DNA of 64,000 nucleotides from an uncultured Candidatus Rokubacteria bacterium (GCA_963805625.1 CAWDVE010000010.1:64001-128000); one strand, 5' to 3'; positions 15,001 to 25,692 are shown, counted from the first letter of the stretch. Numbers and translations: made by a program. The notes: generated by a model not told the origin, from the letters alone.

Positions 15001-15664
15001 CGCGTAAATAAAACTGCGGTAATACCAGACCCATATATCAGTGGAATCTATTTCAAATGCTTTATTGAATGCAATCAGCGCGTCATCATATTTCCCGATG
15101 TCGTAGAGTGAGATTCCCTTATTATAGAATGCCTTTGCGTAACCGGGTACGATTTCGATGGCCTTATCGTATGCCAGAATTGCTTCAGAGTGCATGTTGA
15201 GATCGGCAAGTGCAATTCCCTTGTTATAATAGACTTTCGCATGCCGGGGATCGACGGTCAGTGCGTGATCATATGCACCGATTGCTTCTTTGTAGCGCCC
15301 CAGTCTCATAAAAAGCAATGCCTTTAAGGATCCATGCTTCGGCGTTGTCCCATTTGATGGTCAGTAAACGATCACATGCTTCCAGGACATCCTCGTTTCT
15401 TCCCATCTGGGCGAGGGTCGCTGCTTTATTATACCAGGCATTGGTATCAATGGGATCGATAGCAACTGCATGATCATACGCATCGATGGCATCCTCGTAT
15501 CTGCCGAGATCATACAGAGCAATGCCTTTAAAATAATAGGCTTTTGAAAAATCGGGAAAGAGGGCAAGCGCACGATCAAACATGACAATGGCTTCCTGAT
15601 ACCTGCCAAGGTCATAGAGTTCGATGCCCTGTCGCAACAATGCCTCAGCATCACTCTTATTCAT
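1..15664 (-). CDS. Giant tetratricopeptide-repeat (TPR) protein, >5,000 aa, 3' end outside the window; split by several apparent frameshifts
   Basis: Consecutive overlapping minus-strand ORFs (15269-15664, 14473-15318, 9426-14573, 6617-9496, 6187-6768, 6039-6314, 4167-5723, 2684-4249) all show the 34-aa TPR pattern (AWYxKGxAL..LGRYEEAxxAFDxALxxxP). The same pattern is readable on the minus strand down to base 1. Confidence 0.9.
3372..6620. repeat. About 4 near-identical tandem copies of an 816-bp unit (8 TPRs, 272 aa) inside the TPR gene
   Basis: Identical strings recur at 816/817-bp spacing, e.g. AGGATGA..CCCTTGTT.AACCAGGTCTCGTAG at ~3372, 4188, 5005 and 5821, and GTGTGCAAGAACCTGGTCAAAGCAGG at 3926, 4743, 5559 and 6376. 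Confidence 0.95.
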
Positions 15665-16044
15665 GGATTTCTTACCTCACAGTAAACAATTTGGAATTTT
15701 GGTATTTTCCGCACAGACCGTTTAAGTGTACCGGTTTAATAAGGCGGCATATACCTTTTCTGGTATATATGTATGACAACACGGTATTTATGAATGCTAT
15801 TTTTATACGATGAGATCATCTTTTCTTTTTTTCCGAATCATGTATCCGTTTTTCCTGCCGGTAATTCAGGTGAAAGGATATGACTCTGACCTTTACCATG
15901 ATAAAATCCATTATGGATGGTTTGCAGGAGACTTTCTCCCGCGAGCCCCGGTACCACTATCAGCATTACCTTGAATGGGTACATCGGAAAAAAGAAAAAA
16001 GACCGCTCATCAAAAAAAGTGAAAGATTTGACCTGTTAATTCCA

Positions 16045-16118
16045 AGCCTGTGGCGAGATTTGAACTCGCGACTTCCTCCTTACCAAGGAGGCACACTGCC
16101 GGGCTGTGTCACACAGGC
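16045..16118 (-). tRNA. tRNA-Thr (anticodon GGT), no encoded CCA
   Basis: Reverse complement folds as GCCTGTG/CACAGGC acceptor stem, ACAC/GTGT D stem, CCTCC-TTGGTAA-GGAGG anticodon arm and GCGAG-TTCAAAT-CTCGC T arm. Confidence 0.93.
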
Positions 16119-16359
16119 AATTGTCGGTATTGAAGCAACCAGGATGGTCAGAACACATGCCAGACCAATAAACCACGGGCAGGTTGCCTAACTACGTTGT
16201 GAGTACTCCCTATAAAACATTGCGGAACTTCAGGAATAGTTCTGATAAAACAGGCTTTTCCGGAAATAATAATTACAGCCGAGGTTTTGATTTTATTCAG
16301 CGGTTCGAATCTTTCAATACCCGGGAAATAAACTCTTAGAGAATACCGGGGAACGATAG

Positions 16360-17457
16360 ATGTCGCACGTACTGGTCTCGCCGCTGAACTGGGGTCTGGG
16401 GCATGCAACCCGGGATATTCCCGTAATCCGGAACCTGCTCGACCATAACCATGAGGTAACGGTTGCCGCAAGCGGGAACGCACGTGCTGTCCTGGAGAAG
16501 GAATTTCCTGAATGCCGCTCTGTTGAGTTTCCCGATTATCCCGTCCCGTATAGCCAGAGCCGTTTTTTTCTTCCGAAATTCGTTGCTTCCTTCCCCCTCA
16601 TGTTAAAGGCGATCTCGGATGAACGAAAGAACCTGGACCGGATTCTTGCACAGGATACCTATGATCTGATCATCAGCGATAACCGGCTGGGAGTCTACTC
16701 CTCCAAAATCCCGTCCGTCTTCATCACCCACCAGCTCCACTACCACCTCCCCCTCATCTTCTGGCCCGCAGAACTCCTCGCAGTCGCCATGAACGGACTG
16801 GTGCACGGAAAATACCGGCATATCATCGTACCGGACAATCCTCCGGGCCCGACCGCCCTTGCAGGGAAACTGTCACGTCCGGAAACAGATGCGACAAAGA
16901 AAAGAGTATTTTTTTCCGGTATCCTGACAAGCACCCGCAGATGGAGAAGTGAGGAGGATCTCGATTACCTTGTCCTGATCTCCGGGCCGGAACCCCAGAG
17001 GACGCAGCTCGAGAAGATCCTGCTGCCCCGTATTCATACCCTCGGGGGAAACAGCGTAATCCTGCTTGGAAGCCCGTCAAACCATGCACTTCCAGAACAA
17101 ACCGGTTCATGCAGGATCATTCCCTATGCATCCACCCGCGATAAAGAAAATCTCATGAACCGTGCACGCTGCATCATCTGTCGTTCCGGCTACACCTCCA
17201 TGATGGAGATAGCAGAACTTGGGAAGCGTCATGCCCTTTTCATCCCTACCCCCGGCCAGACCGAACAGGAATACCTGTCATGGTACTATGAAAAGCAGGG
17301 ATGGTTCCATTCACAGAACCAGTACCGGCTCGATCTGCCCGCCGATATCCGGATCGCACAGCAGCCCTGCTACACGGGATTTCCCGCAGTACAGAAGACA
17401 GAAGAGAATGTAAAAAGGCTGTATGACCAGGTACTCTCCCAGTATCTTGAGCAGTGA
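16360..17457 (+). CDS. GT-B fold glycosyltransferase (GT28 C-terminal / MurG-like)
   Basis: N-terminal SPLNWGLGHATR motif; C-terminal CRSGYTSMME and IPTPGQTEQEYL motifs. Confidence 0.85.
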   Translation: MSHVLVSPLNWGLGHATRDIPVIRNLLDHNHEVTVAASGNARAVLEKEFPECRSVEFPDYPVPYSQSRFFLPKFVASFPLMLKAISDERKNLDRILAQDTYDLIISDNRLGVYSSKIPSVFITHQLHYHLPLIFWPAELLAVAMNGLVHGKYRHIIVPDNPPGPTALAGKLSRPETDATKKRVFFSGILTSTRRWRSEEDLDYLVLISGPEPQRTQLEKILLPRIHTLGGNSVILLGSPSNHALPEQTGSCRIIPYASTRDKENLMNRARCIICRSGYTSMMEIAELGKRHALFIPTPGQTEQEYLSWYYEKQGWFHSQNQYRLDLPADIRIAQQPCYTGFPAVQKTEENVKRLYDQVLSQYLEQ

Positions 17458-17512
17458 GGTATTTTTCCGCAAAATCCCAAGCAGTTTATATGCAGAAATG
17501 CTACTATTTTCC

Positions 17513-17731
17513 ATGGATGATCTCGTTGTCTCGGGGGTACTCGGACTTGTCGCGATCTATCTGGCGCTCTTCCTTTTTCTTTTTGCGATATATGCTATTG
17601 GCCGGTTGATGTACACGTCACTTGCCGCCGGGGATTTCGGGGTTGTACTTGGCGGTGCAATTGCCATTCTGATTTCAGTAATGCTTTATTTCGGAATTGG
17701 CTTCTGGTTACGGAAGACTGACAGAATCTGA
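17513..17731 (+). CDS. Small two-helix membrane protein
   Basis: Two hydrophobic segments; start at ATG 17513 is chosen (17498 is an alternative). Confidence 0.55.
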   Translation: MDDLVVSGVLGLVAIYLALFLFLFAIYAIGRLMYTSLAAGDFGVVLGGAIAILISVMLYFGIGFWLRKTDRI

Positions 17732-17883
17732 TTTGCTATGGTTTTCGGGTGTCCGGGTTTTTTCTGAGCATGTTATCTGAAGTTCTGGAAAGACATCACA
17801 AACAGGGAAATTTGCATCTGACAATGAAAATCGCAGTAGTGGAAATCATGAGGGACTGGTTTCTTTATACTTTATTCAGGAGC

Positions 17884-18246
17884 AACGCCGCCGCCCCCGA
17901 AGGGACGCCCCCGCGGCGGATCAATAACAAAAAATTCTCACGAAACCAACTGACCGCCGATGCTCCTGGAGAGGCCATGAAGCGGATTGTCACAAATGGT
18001 AACGATTTTCTGGAAAAGACATGATATATCTCGCATCCGGATTTCGAGAATTGTGTATTCAGATATAGATCAGAAATTGGCAGCTCTCCATACCATAAAA
18101 GGAAACATACTGCCCCGCCGATTTGACCTGCGGCGGATCGGCAACAAAAAAATTCTCCCTGAACCTGCTGACCCGCCGTGCCTCGGAGAGGCCCTGAGGC
18201 GGGTGACATTCATAAATGTCGATGATTTTCTGGAAAAGGACATGAT
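17884..18246 (+). repeat. Hairpin-doublet repeat, two partly degenerate tandem units (~219-bp period)
   Basis: CGCCGCCGCCCCCGAAGGGACGCCCCCGCGGCGGATC at 17886 and CCCGCCGTGCCTCGGAGAGGCCCTGAGGCGGG at 18172; shared tail GATTTTCTGGAAAAG at 18005 and 18224. Confidence 0.85.
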
Positions 18247-18379
18247 CAAGGAGCTCGCATAGGAAGCTCGAGTCATAGTATTACGGGATAATCGGAAATT
18301 TTTCAGATTTCCATACTCTAAAAAGATAAACGCCTATCGCAGGGTTCCCGGTCGAATAATCAAACAGGATATCCCAGGA

Positions 18380-19234
18380 TTACCGGTTACACTGGTGATC
18401 CCAGCTTCCATCCGATGATTTTTTCGGGATTTTCGGTAACAGCCGTGCTGCAAGTGCGGCAAGGATAAAGAAACAGATGGTAACCAGGACAATTGCCCCC
18501 CCCGGTGCAAGGTCATACATGAATGACAACTGCAACCCGGCGACAACTGACAAGACGGCGACGCCGCATGCGGAGAACACGGTCTGTCTGAACGGCATCT
18601 TCAGTTGTATTGCTGCGGATGCCGGAATTACGATCAGGCTTGAAACCATGAGCACGCCAACGAGCCTCATCGCAACCACCACGGTTAAACCGGTCAGGAT
18701 CGTGAAAACAAGTTCCAGTGCCGACACCGGCAGGCCTGAGACTCTTGCAAACTCCGCATCGATGGTGATCCCGACCCATTCCTTCCAGAACAGCAATAAA
18801 ATGCTGATGACGGTAACCCCGAGGGCTGCGGCAAGGTAGAGGTCGGTCTGGTTTATGCCGAGAATTGTCCCGAAAAGGAAGGACAGGACATCAACAGCCA
18901 CATTATGCGTGATACTGATCATGATAATCCCGATGGCAAGCCCGGCTGCAAACATGATCGCAATTGCTGCATCCGAGGCCACTCGCAATCTATTGAGTGT
19001 GTGTATGCCCAGCGACCCGAGAACTACGCCGACAACCGCCGTGTATAAGGGGTAAATTCCCGTGAATAAACCCAGAGCAATCCCGCCAAAAGCCACATGA
19101 CTCAGCCCGTCTGCAATGAGGGAAAGCCTCCGGAGGACGAGGAATACCCCGAGGCTCGAACAGGTGACTGCGATGATCAGCCCCCCTATCAGTGCACGGA
19201 CACCAAACTGGTAGGATAAAAACTCAAGGACCAT
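18380..19234 (-). CDS. Zn/Mn-type metal ABC transporter permease (ZnuB/MntB family)
   Basis: GVFLVLRRLSLIADGLSHVAFGG motif; polytopic hydrophobic profile. Confidence 0.92.
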   Translation of the reverse strand: MVLEFLSYQFGVRALIGGLIIAVTCSSLGVFLVLRRLSLIADGLSHVAFGGIALGLFTGIYPLYTAVVGVVLGSLGIHTLNRLRVASDAAIAIMFAAGLAIGIIMISITHNVAVDVLSFLFGTILGINQTDLYLAAALGVTVISILLLFWKEWVGITIDAEFARVSGLPVSALELVFTILTGLTVVVAMRLVGVLMVSSLIVIPASAAIQLKMPFRQTVFSACGVAVLSVVAGLQLSFMYDLAPGGAIVLVTICFFILAALAARLLPKIPKKSSDGSWDHQCNR

Positions 19235-19243
19235 GGTCTGCTC

Positions 19244-20008
19244 TCAGGTAATTTTTCCTGCCGTTATCATCAGGTTCCACAGACCTTCTGCATTAAGACT
19301 CGCTGAGGGACCATCATAGATCACCTTTCTCTGCAGGAATATGACCCTTTCAACGTGAGCTGCGAGATCGGGCAGATCGTGCAGGATCATCAGGACCGTG
19401 ATCCGGTGCACTTTATTCAGATGGCTGACAAGGGTATAGAATTCCTGTTTGCTCTGTGCATCGATACCGTTTGTGGGTTCATCGAGCGCGATGATGTGTG
19501 GTCTGCCGACAAGAGCACGGGCAATCAGGGTTCTCTGCTGCTGTCCACCGGAGAGGTCGGAAAACTGGTCATACTGCACATGATCGAGACCTGCTTCTGC
19601 GATAGCGGTATCGACCGCCTCCCTGCTGTCGGAATTCATCCGTTTGAACAGCCCGATCTGGCCAAACGTTCCCATTTCGACGATCTCGCGGGCAGTTACC
19701 GGAAATTGTTCCTGCCTGATAACCGGGTTCTGGGGAACGTAGCCGATGCAGGGCCTGCAGGGAGTCATCCCTTCGCATTCATCGATATGGCAGGTAAATG
19801 AAACAGTGCCCTTATCGGGTTTCAGGAGGCCGACCATGATCTTCATGAGCGTGGATTTTCCCGAACCGTTTGGCCCGGCAATTCCCACGATCTCCTCCTG
19901 GCGAATCGAAAGAGATACATCTTCCAGTACTGGATTTGCACCGTAAGCAAACCAGACATTGTTCAGGGTCAGACAGACCTTTTCGCTTCCCGGAAGAATC
20001 ACTGGCAT
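19244..20008 (-). CDS. Metal ABC transporter ATP-binding subunit (ZnuC family)
   Basis: Walker A GPNGSGKST, signature LSGGQQQR, Walker B ALDEPT, H-loop ILHD. Confidence 0.93.
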   Translation of the reverse strand: MPVILPGSEKVCLTLNNVWFAYGANPVLEDVSLSIRQEEIVGIAGPNGSGKSTLMKIMVGLLKPDKGTVSFTCHIDECEGMTPCRPCIGYVPQNPVIRQEQFPVTAREIVEMGTFGQIGLFKRMNSDSREAVDTAIAEAGLDHVQYDQFSDLSGGQQQRTLIARALVGRPHIIALDEPTNGIDAQSKQEFYTLVSHLNKVHRITVLMILHDLPDLAAHVERVIFLQRKVIYDGPSASLNAEGLWNLMITAGKIT

Positions 20009-21002
20009 AGCATCGCTTTTTTCATTTCCTGCAGGTTAGTTTCCATGATCGCTACATAATCGGTATCGCCCTCTTTAAGGGGACCAGACGGGAGCACCTC
20101 CATGGTGGTGAAGGAATACACGGGAATATCGAGTTCTTCTGATATCGATTTACTCAGGTCTTCTGCTTCATCCGGCTCCACGAGAATACCCCTGACATTG
20201 TGTGCCTTCGCTTCTTCGATGATAGCAGACATCTGTTTTATTGACGGCTGAGTATCGGGGCCTGTCCCGGCAATCGGGATCTGGGTCAGGTTATACGTCG
20301 CTGCAATATAATCAAGGAAGGAGTGTGAGCTCAGGAATGTTCTGGTGGTACAGTTTGAAAACCCCGTCGTATAGTCGGAATCGAGCTGCTCCAGTCGTTT
20401 TTCAAATTCCACAGCATTATTCTGGTAATCGGACGCATTTTCCGGATCTATTTCAGATAACTCCCGGGCGACATGGGCTACGTAGTACTCTGGTAAGCTG
20501 TGGTGATAACCAGAGGTGCGGGTCCCGGGTCATATCCGGGAAGCCGGGGTATCGGTTTTTCATCTGATCGTATTCAGGTACCGATACAGCATCGGCAAAG
20601 GTCACGAGTTTTATATCAGGGTTTGACGAGGCTGCAAGATCGGCTGCCCAGGGTTCGAGAAACGGTCCGGCATAAAAGAAGATCCTTCCGTTTTTAAGCG
20701 CTACGGCATCGTTTGGTGTCGGTTCATATTCATGGGGATCTGCCCCGGGAGGAAGTATCTGGGTTATCGATAGGTGATCCCCGCCAATGGGTCCGACCAG
20801 GAGGGTGAACGGGCGAAATGACGTAATTACCTGAACCCTGCCACCCTGGCCGGGCTGTGCCGGTACTACTCGAGCCGGATACGCCGGGATCCGATGGGGA
20901 TACCGCTGGTGAGCTGGTCAGGCAACCGCTTCCTGCGATTATTGCAATAACCATTGCCATGGCCAGTATCGTCAGAATCGTTGTGTAATGTCTTTGTGTC
21001 AT
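19999..21002 (-). CDS. Metal ABC transporter substrate-binding lipoprotein (ZnuA/TroA family), apparently frameshifted
   Basis: Lipoprotein-like signal (..IIAGSGC) in ORF 20730-21011; DPHxYEP and DPHLWLSP-like segments in intermediate frames; C-terminal domain (SSHSFLDY..) in ORF 19999-20412. Confidence 0.8.
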
Positions 21003-21081
21003 CCGGATCAAAATCCCCCCGGCACTCCAGGTCTTTCCTGCAAATCTAATTCACAGGTTCTGCTTATAATAGTTGTGAGAA

Positions 21082-21100
21082 TTTTGGATAGTGTCCAAAA
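21082..21100. promoter_or_regulatory. 19-bp palindrome, candidate DtxR/MntR-family operator for the metal ABC operon
   Basis: TTTTGGA-TAGTG-TCCAAAA about 80 bp upstream of the binding-protein start, next to a TTATAA box; a weaker look-alike TTTTGCTGTTACCCCAAAA lies at 21659-21677 upstream of the regulator. Confidence 0.6.
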
Positions 21101-21202
21101 ATTACTTTATCACCGGATTCGGGCTTATCCTCCCTGTCTGGAATGGGGAAAACAAACGGGATTGAGAATGTCTGGTTCACAGGGGATATCCGATTTACCG
21201 GC

Positions 21203-21628
21203 TCACACCTCAAGGCAACTGTCATCATGCGTAATATCCCCGCACACGCCTTTTTTCGGATGCCCCATAGCCCTGCACATCTGGTCTATTGCATCCTTTG
21301 ATACGTAGCTCTCAAATCTTGAAGCCTCACGACACGCCTGCTCATGGGAAAGACCAAAATGAGTCAGGGCCAGGGCGAGTATCCTGTGCCTTTTTATCAG
21401 GAATTGTGCGGTAATCTTTCCTTTTTCTGAAAGAGATACCCCATGATAGGGTGTGTAAACCAGAAGTCCTTCACCGGCAAGTTCAGCCATCGTTTTGGTA
21501 ATAGTTGATGGGTCTACACCGAACCCGGCGGCAATAGTATTTGTTTTCACAGGACCGCTTTTACCGTTAATGAACTTGATGTAGTCGACTTTCCTTGGCG
21601 AAAGTTCGAGTCCGGTATCTGTGCCCAT
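21203..21628 (-). CDS. DtxR/MntR-family metal-dependent transcriptional regulator
   Basis: wHTH (IAAGFGVDPSTITK..L..EGLL.YTPYHGVSL) followed by KRHRIL and EASRFES metal-site helices, ending GHPKKGVCG. Confidence 0.9.
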   Translation of the reverse strand: MGTDTGLELSPRKVDYIKFINGKSGPVKTNTIAAGFGVDPSTITKTMAELAGEGLLVYTPYHGVSLSEKGKITAQFLIKRHRILALALTHFGLSHEQACREASRFESYVSKDAIDQMCRAMGHPKKGVCGDITHDDSCLEV

Positions 21629-21756
21629 GCATACATGTTTACGAGTTAACAAAAAAAATTTTGCTGTTACCCCAAAAATTTCAGTGAGTCTCCAGAGCTA
21701 AAATTTTGTGTATTCAATTCACGGTAAACCATGTCTTATTAAGAAACGTGAAAACA

Positions 21757-22284
21757 GTCTCTGTTGAAACGAGCATGAACTGGAGTTCGCACCCATACTG
21801 TGAAAATCATTAAACCATGTAATTTCAGGAGGATCCCCCGCCTCAGGGCCTCTCCGAGGCACGGCGGGGCAGTGCGGTGTTTGCAAATCATGTTTACAGA
21901 CACTGATCCGCCGCGGGGGCGCCCCGTCGGGGGCGGCGGGGTTCATCGCAAATAATTAAGGGATATAGACATTCCACAACGCACATCAGTTTAATTCAAT
22001 TTAATATGGAAATGTCCCGGTATTTCCATTCTGTGTGCCTGTGGCCGCAGGCATCGTGTCTATTTTCATGGGAAACCATAAGCAGTCCAACAAATTGCGA
22101 ATCACCTGGTGTTGGACGGGAAGTGCCTGTCCCCCCGAACCGCTCCTGTGCTTTGTGATGGTGTTGTATTACCTTCTCTGGAATTATTGCTCCAGAGGGG
22201 GATACAACAGCGGGGGTGGAGGCATTACGCAGCGTGGCCAAAAAAGAGTATTGAGAAAAATATTATGAGGATTTCGACAGAGCC
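21757..22284 (-). mobile_element. MITE-like element (hairpin-doublet core plus module C)
   Basis: Ends GTCTCTGTTGAAAC (21757) and ATTTCGACAGAGCC (22271-22284); internally homologous to the copies at 33.6, 40.8, 47.2 and 51.1 kb; carries an extra ~60-bp insert. Confidence 0.8.
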
Positions 22285-22302
22285 TAAAAATGATTTGTGT
22301 AT

Positions 22303-25300
22303 TTATACCGGCTTATAGCCGAGAGCCTGCACAAGGGCAATCATCTCTCCAACCTGCTCTTCCTGCTCTTTTGTCAGCCTGCGGTTTTTCTGGATTAAAC
22401 GCCCCATCCTGATAATCTGAAGACGCTGGTCATGGGAAAGTGATTCGGAATGACGGGCCCACTTGATCAGGCCCAGCCATTGCCTTCTGTTAAACGAGAA
22501 GGCAGGAGAGGGGAACATATCCCCATAGGTTTGGATTTCACGGACATCCTTATCGGGTTCTTCCACGCCTTCAGACTCATCAGAGACATCCCCTTCAGAT
22601 TCAAGATCTTCTGTTGCTGCTTCTGGATAGACGAGCCCGGGTGATACCTCCTCTTCGTGTATGACTGGCGAGGGTGAAGGCTCCTGGGCAGGCATTGACG
22701 CACGGTTCATCTTCTTCGAAAAGGTCATCTATGCCGGAAAAATTCTGATGGCGGGTGACCGTTCCCGGTGGTTTGTCTTCTGCTGAAGACACAGGAGAAA
22801 CAGGTTCATTTTCCGGAGCGGGAGGGGTTTGTTTTTCGGGGTGATACCAGCTCCAGGGAATGGGATGCAGACTCAATTTTCACGGGAAGAACCGGCTCTT
22901 TTGCAACAATTTCCTGCACCTCCTTTTTTTCTGACCCGGCCAGGTCTGCCTGCGAGAGGGATTGCTCCAGCCGCTGTCGTTCCAGGACGGCAGCCTCAAG
23001 ACGTTCGTCACTGGTCATGTGGTCCTCCCATTCCTCGGCAAGGGCAGTTCTTGCCTGTTCAAGCTCAAGGGTGAGGGCCCGGACCTTCTGCTCAGCCTTC
23101 ACCTTTTCCTCATTCAGGACGCTTACTTCTTCTTCCAGGGATTTTTGCAGGTTACAGACGGTTTCGAGATCTTTTTTAAGATTCTGGAACTTTTTTGCCC
23201 GGTCCTGTTCCTGGTTATCCCGCTCTTCGGTCAGTGCCTGAAGTTCCTCTTCCAGTTTTTTCTTCTCCTGGACTGCGATATTGGACTTTTCTTCAGCGAT
23301 CCGGCGGCTTTTTTGTTCGTCTTCAAGTCTTGCTTTGAGTGAATTCAGCTCATCAGAAGAGCTGCGGAGATCCTCTTCATAGCGCTGGCGGTTCTGCTCA
23401 ACTGCTTTCAGGTTTTCGTTTGAGGTCCGGTGAAGGCGCTGCTCAGTTTCAAACTCTCCCTTTAACCGTTCAAGTTCGCCAGTAAGCAGCCGGATCTGTT
23501 GTTCGTAGTGTTCCCTGCCGCTTGTAGCCAAAGCCATCTCCTTTGCATAAGCCATATTCTGCGTTTTTGCAGAAGCCAGATCGCGTTCGAGCATTCGCCG
23601 GCTTGCAAGCGTTTCGTCGAGATCGTGTTTTAATCGTATGAATGTCGTTTTGTACGACTCCATATCCGTTTTAACCTGCTCTTCAGTTTTTTCCTTTTCA
23701 AAGACCGCGGCGTTGAGGGTTTCCCTGAGTGACTGCAACTGGCTTTCTTTCTTTTCAAGCTCTTCTTTTACCTGACCCAGTTCGGTCGTCAGGGAACTCA
23801 CCTGTTGTCCGGTTTCCTCTTTTCCCCGGGACAGGAGGGCCAGTTCGTCTGCATATGTCCTGGCCTGAGCCTTCGCGGCGTCAAGATCCGCTTCAAGTGC
23901 CGAACGGGTCGCAGCAGCCTGCGTAAGAGCCTGGTTCAGATCTGCAACCGATGTATCGTACGAAACCTGGGTTGCTCTTACCTGTTCTTCGGTTTTTATC
24001 TTTTCCGCAACAGATTCCGCAAGATCCCGTTCCAGTGATTTTATCTGGTCCTCTTTGGTTTCGAGCGAGGAACTGACGGTCCTGTATTCCGCCTGAAGGG
24101 CGTCCAGTCTGCCCGGTAAGATTATTGATGGTGGACTGAAGGGATGATTCCCGTTGTTCATTTTCCTGCCTGAGTGATTCCAGCTGTTCCTGTCGGGAAA
24201 TCCGCCCGCTTCTCTCGGCCTCCAGTTCTTCTTTCAGCCGTGCCAGATCCGCAACCTTCAGCTGGATGGTCTGGTCAAGACCGGTGATTTTCTCGTTAAG
24301 TTCCTGTTCGGATTGTGCTCTGGCCTGCATCAATGCCCGGATTTCCTGCTCTGCAGCATTCAGCCGGGATTTGTCGGCCTCGAACGCAGATTTCAGGTTT
24401 TCGTGTTCAGGTATGAGTGCATTCAGGTTCTTTTCTGTCAGATCTTTTTGCGCACTCATCTCCGCGAGGGTGGTTTCCAGCGAGACCCGCCGGGTCTTTT
24501 CTTCTTCAAACGCAGATTTCAGGGTTTCATGTTCAGGTATGAGCGCATTCAGGTTCCTTTCTGCCAGATCTTTTTGTGTACTCATCTCCGCGAGGGTGGT
24601 TTCCAGCGAGACCCGCCGGGTCTTTTCCTCTTCAAACGCAGATTTCAGGGTTTCATGTTCAGGTATGAGTGCATTCAGGTTCCTTTCTGCCAGATCTTTT
24701 TGTGTGCTCATCTCCGCGAGGGTGGTCTCCAGCGAGATACAATGGGTTTTTTCTTCTTCGAACTCCTTCTGGACAGAGTCTAATCTCACTTTTGCGGTGT
24801 TGATCTTGGTTAACAACCCGGAGACCTGTTGGCGGAGAGCGTCAGTTTCCGAGAGGTGAAATGATTCGATCTCCTCTTTTTCCCGGAGCAGGGTACGGAT
24901 GTTTTCATCTTTTTTGGCAACGAGAGCCGTATTCTCTTCAAGTTTTCCGGTAAGAGTCCTGATTTCTGCTGTTTTTTGAGCGAGGGCCCGTTCCTTATCT
25001 GCACCTTCGCTGCTCAATGCGACAATTTTCTGATCCTTCTGCTTGACAGTAGCATTCAGGAGATCGATAACACAGGTATGTTCGGTGACACTTTCTTCGA
25101 GAGTTGCAGCAGATTCGGTCAGCCTTTGAATTTCCAGATTCAGTTCGGACAGCTCAGATGATTTGTTGACTGCAATCTCGAAAGAGGAGAGGAGAAACTC
25201 GAGGATTTTGCGCCGGCTGGCGGAGACGACATAGATCCGGTCGTCATGGTTGATTTTGAACTGCGTTTTGATAAGTTCGGGAGTCTGCCGCTCCACAGGT

Positions 25301-25692
25301 GTTGAGAGCATGGTATCTATCAATGAGAGGCGGTAAGGAAGGTCGGAGGGATACGCGAGGAAGTTATCTGCGTTACAATCAAGGACATTCAGCAGATCCG
25401 CAAGTGTGGATGCGCTGGTAAAAATCAGGACCGGGATGACCCAGAGATCACCATCTGCCTTGATCCTGCGACATACCTCGAATCCGTCTTCCACGGTGGT
25501 TGTGTCACAGACCAGGAGGTTTGGTTTTCCTTCACGAAGTATTTCAAGCAGGCGTGTACTGTCAGAAAAGAGGGTGATACGGTATCCTTTCTCTTCCAGA
25601 TGCTCCGTCAGCTGCGGGGCTATTGATTCACTGATACTTAAAACGAAAATATCGATTATACTTTCGTTTCTGTCCAACGGTGGCTCATTCAT
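22303..25692 (-). CDS. Atypical receiver (REC) domain + long coiled coil + acidic linker + small C-terminal helical domain (~1,130 aa), apparently frameshifted
   Basis: ORFs 23893-25692, 22806-24161, 22601-22876 and 22303-22728 overlap and join into one sensible protein; N-terminus has KPNLLVCD..DGFEVCRRIK..IPVLIFT; the middle is heptad-rich in E/K/Q/L. Confidence 0.75.
24385..24760. repeat. Three tandem 126-bp (42-aa, 6-heptad) repeats in the coiled-coil gene
   Basis: EEEKTxxxSLETTLAEMSxQKDLxExNLNALIPEHExLKSAF three times; CGAGACCCGCCGGGTC at 24481 and 24607. Confidence 0.93.

Noticed and set aside
69-15111. Numerous plus-strand ORFs over the TPR gene, some repeated (MCKNLVKAGNC.., MHTPHRVQEPG..)
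   Set aside because: Antisense by-products of the TPR codon pattern and of the 816-bp DNA repeat.
15880-16191. 103-aa plus-strand ORF with an upstream GGTGA
   Set aside because: Runs antisense through the tRNA and has no recognisable domain; a shorter real peptide cannot be excluded but is unsupported.
16045-18300. Integrative island at tRNA-Thr
   Set aside because: No integrase and no duplicated tRNA 3' end found in the window.
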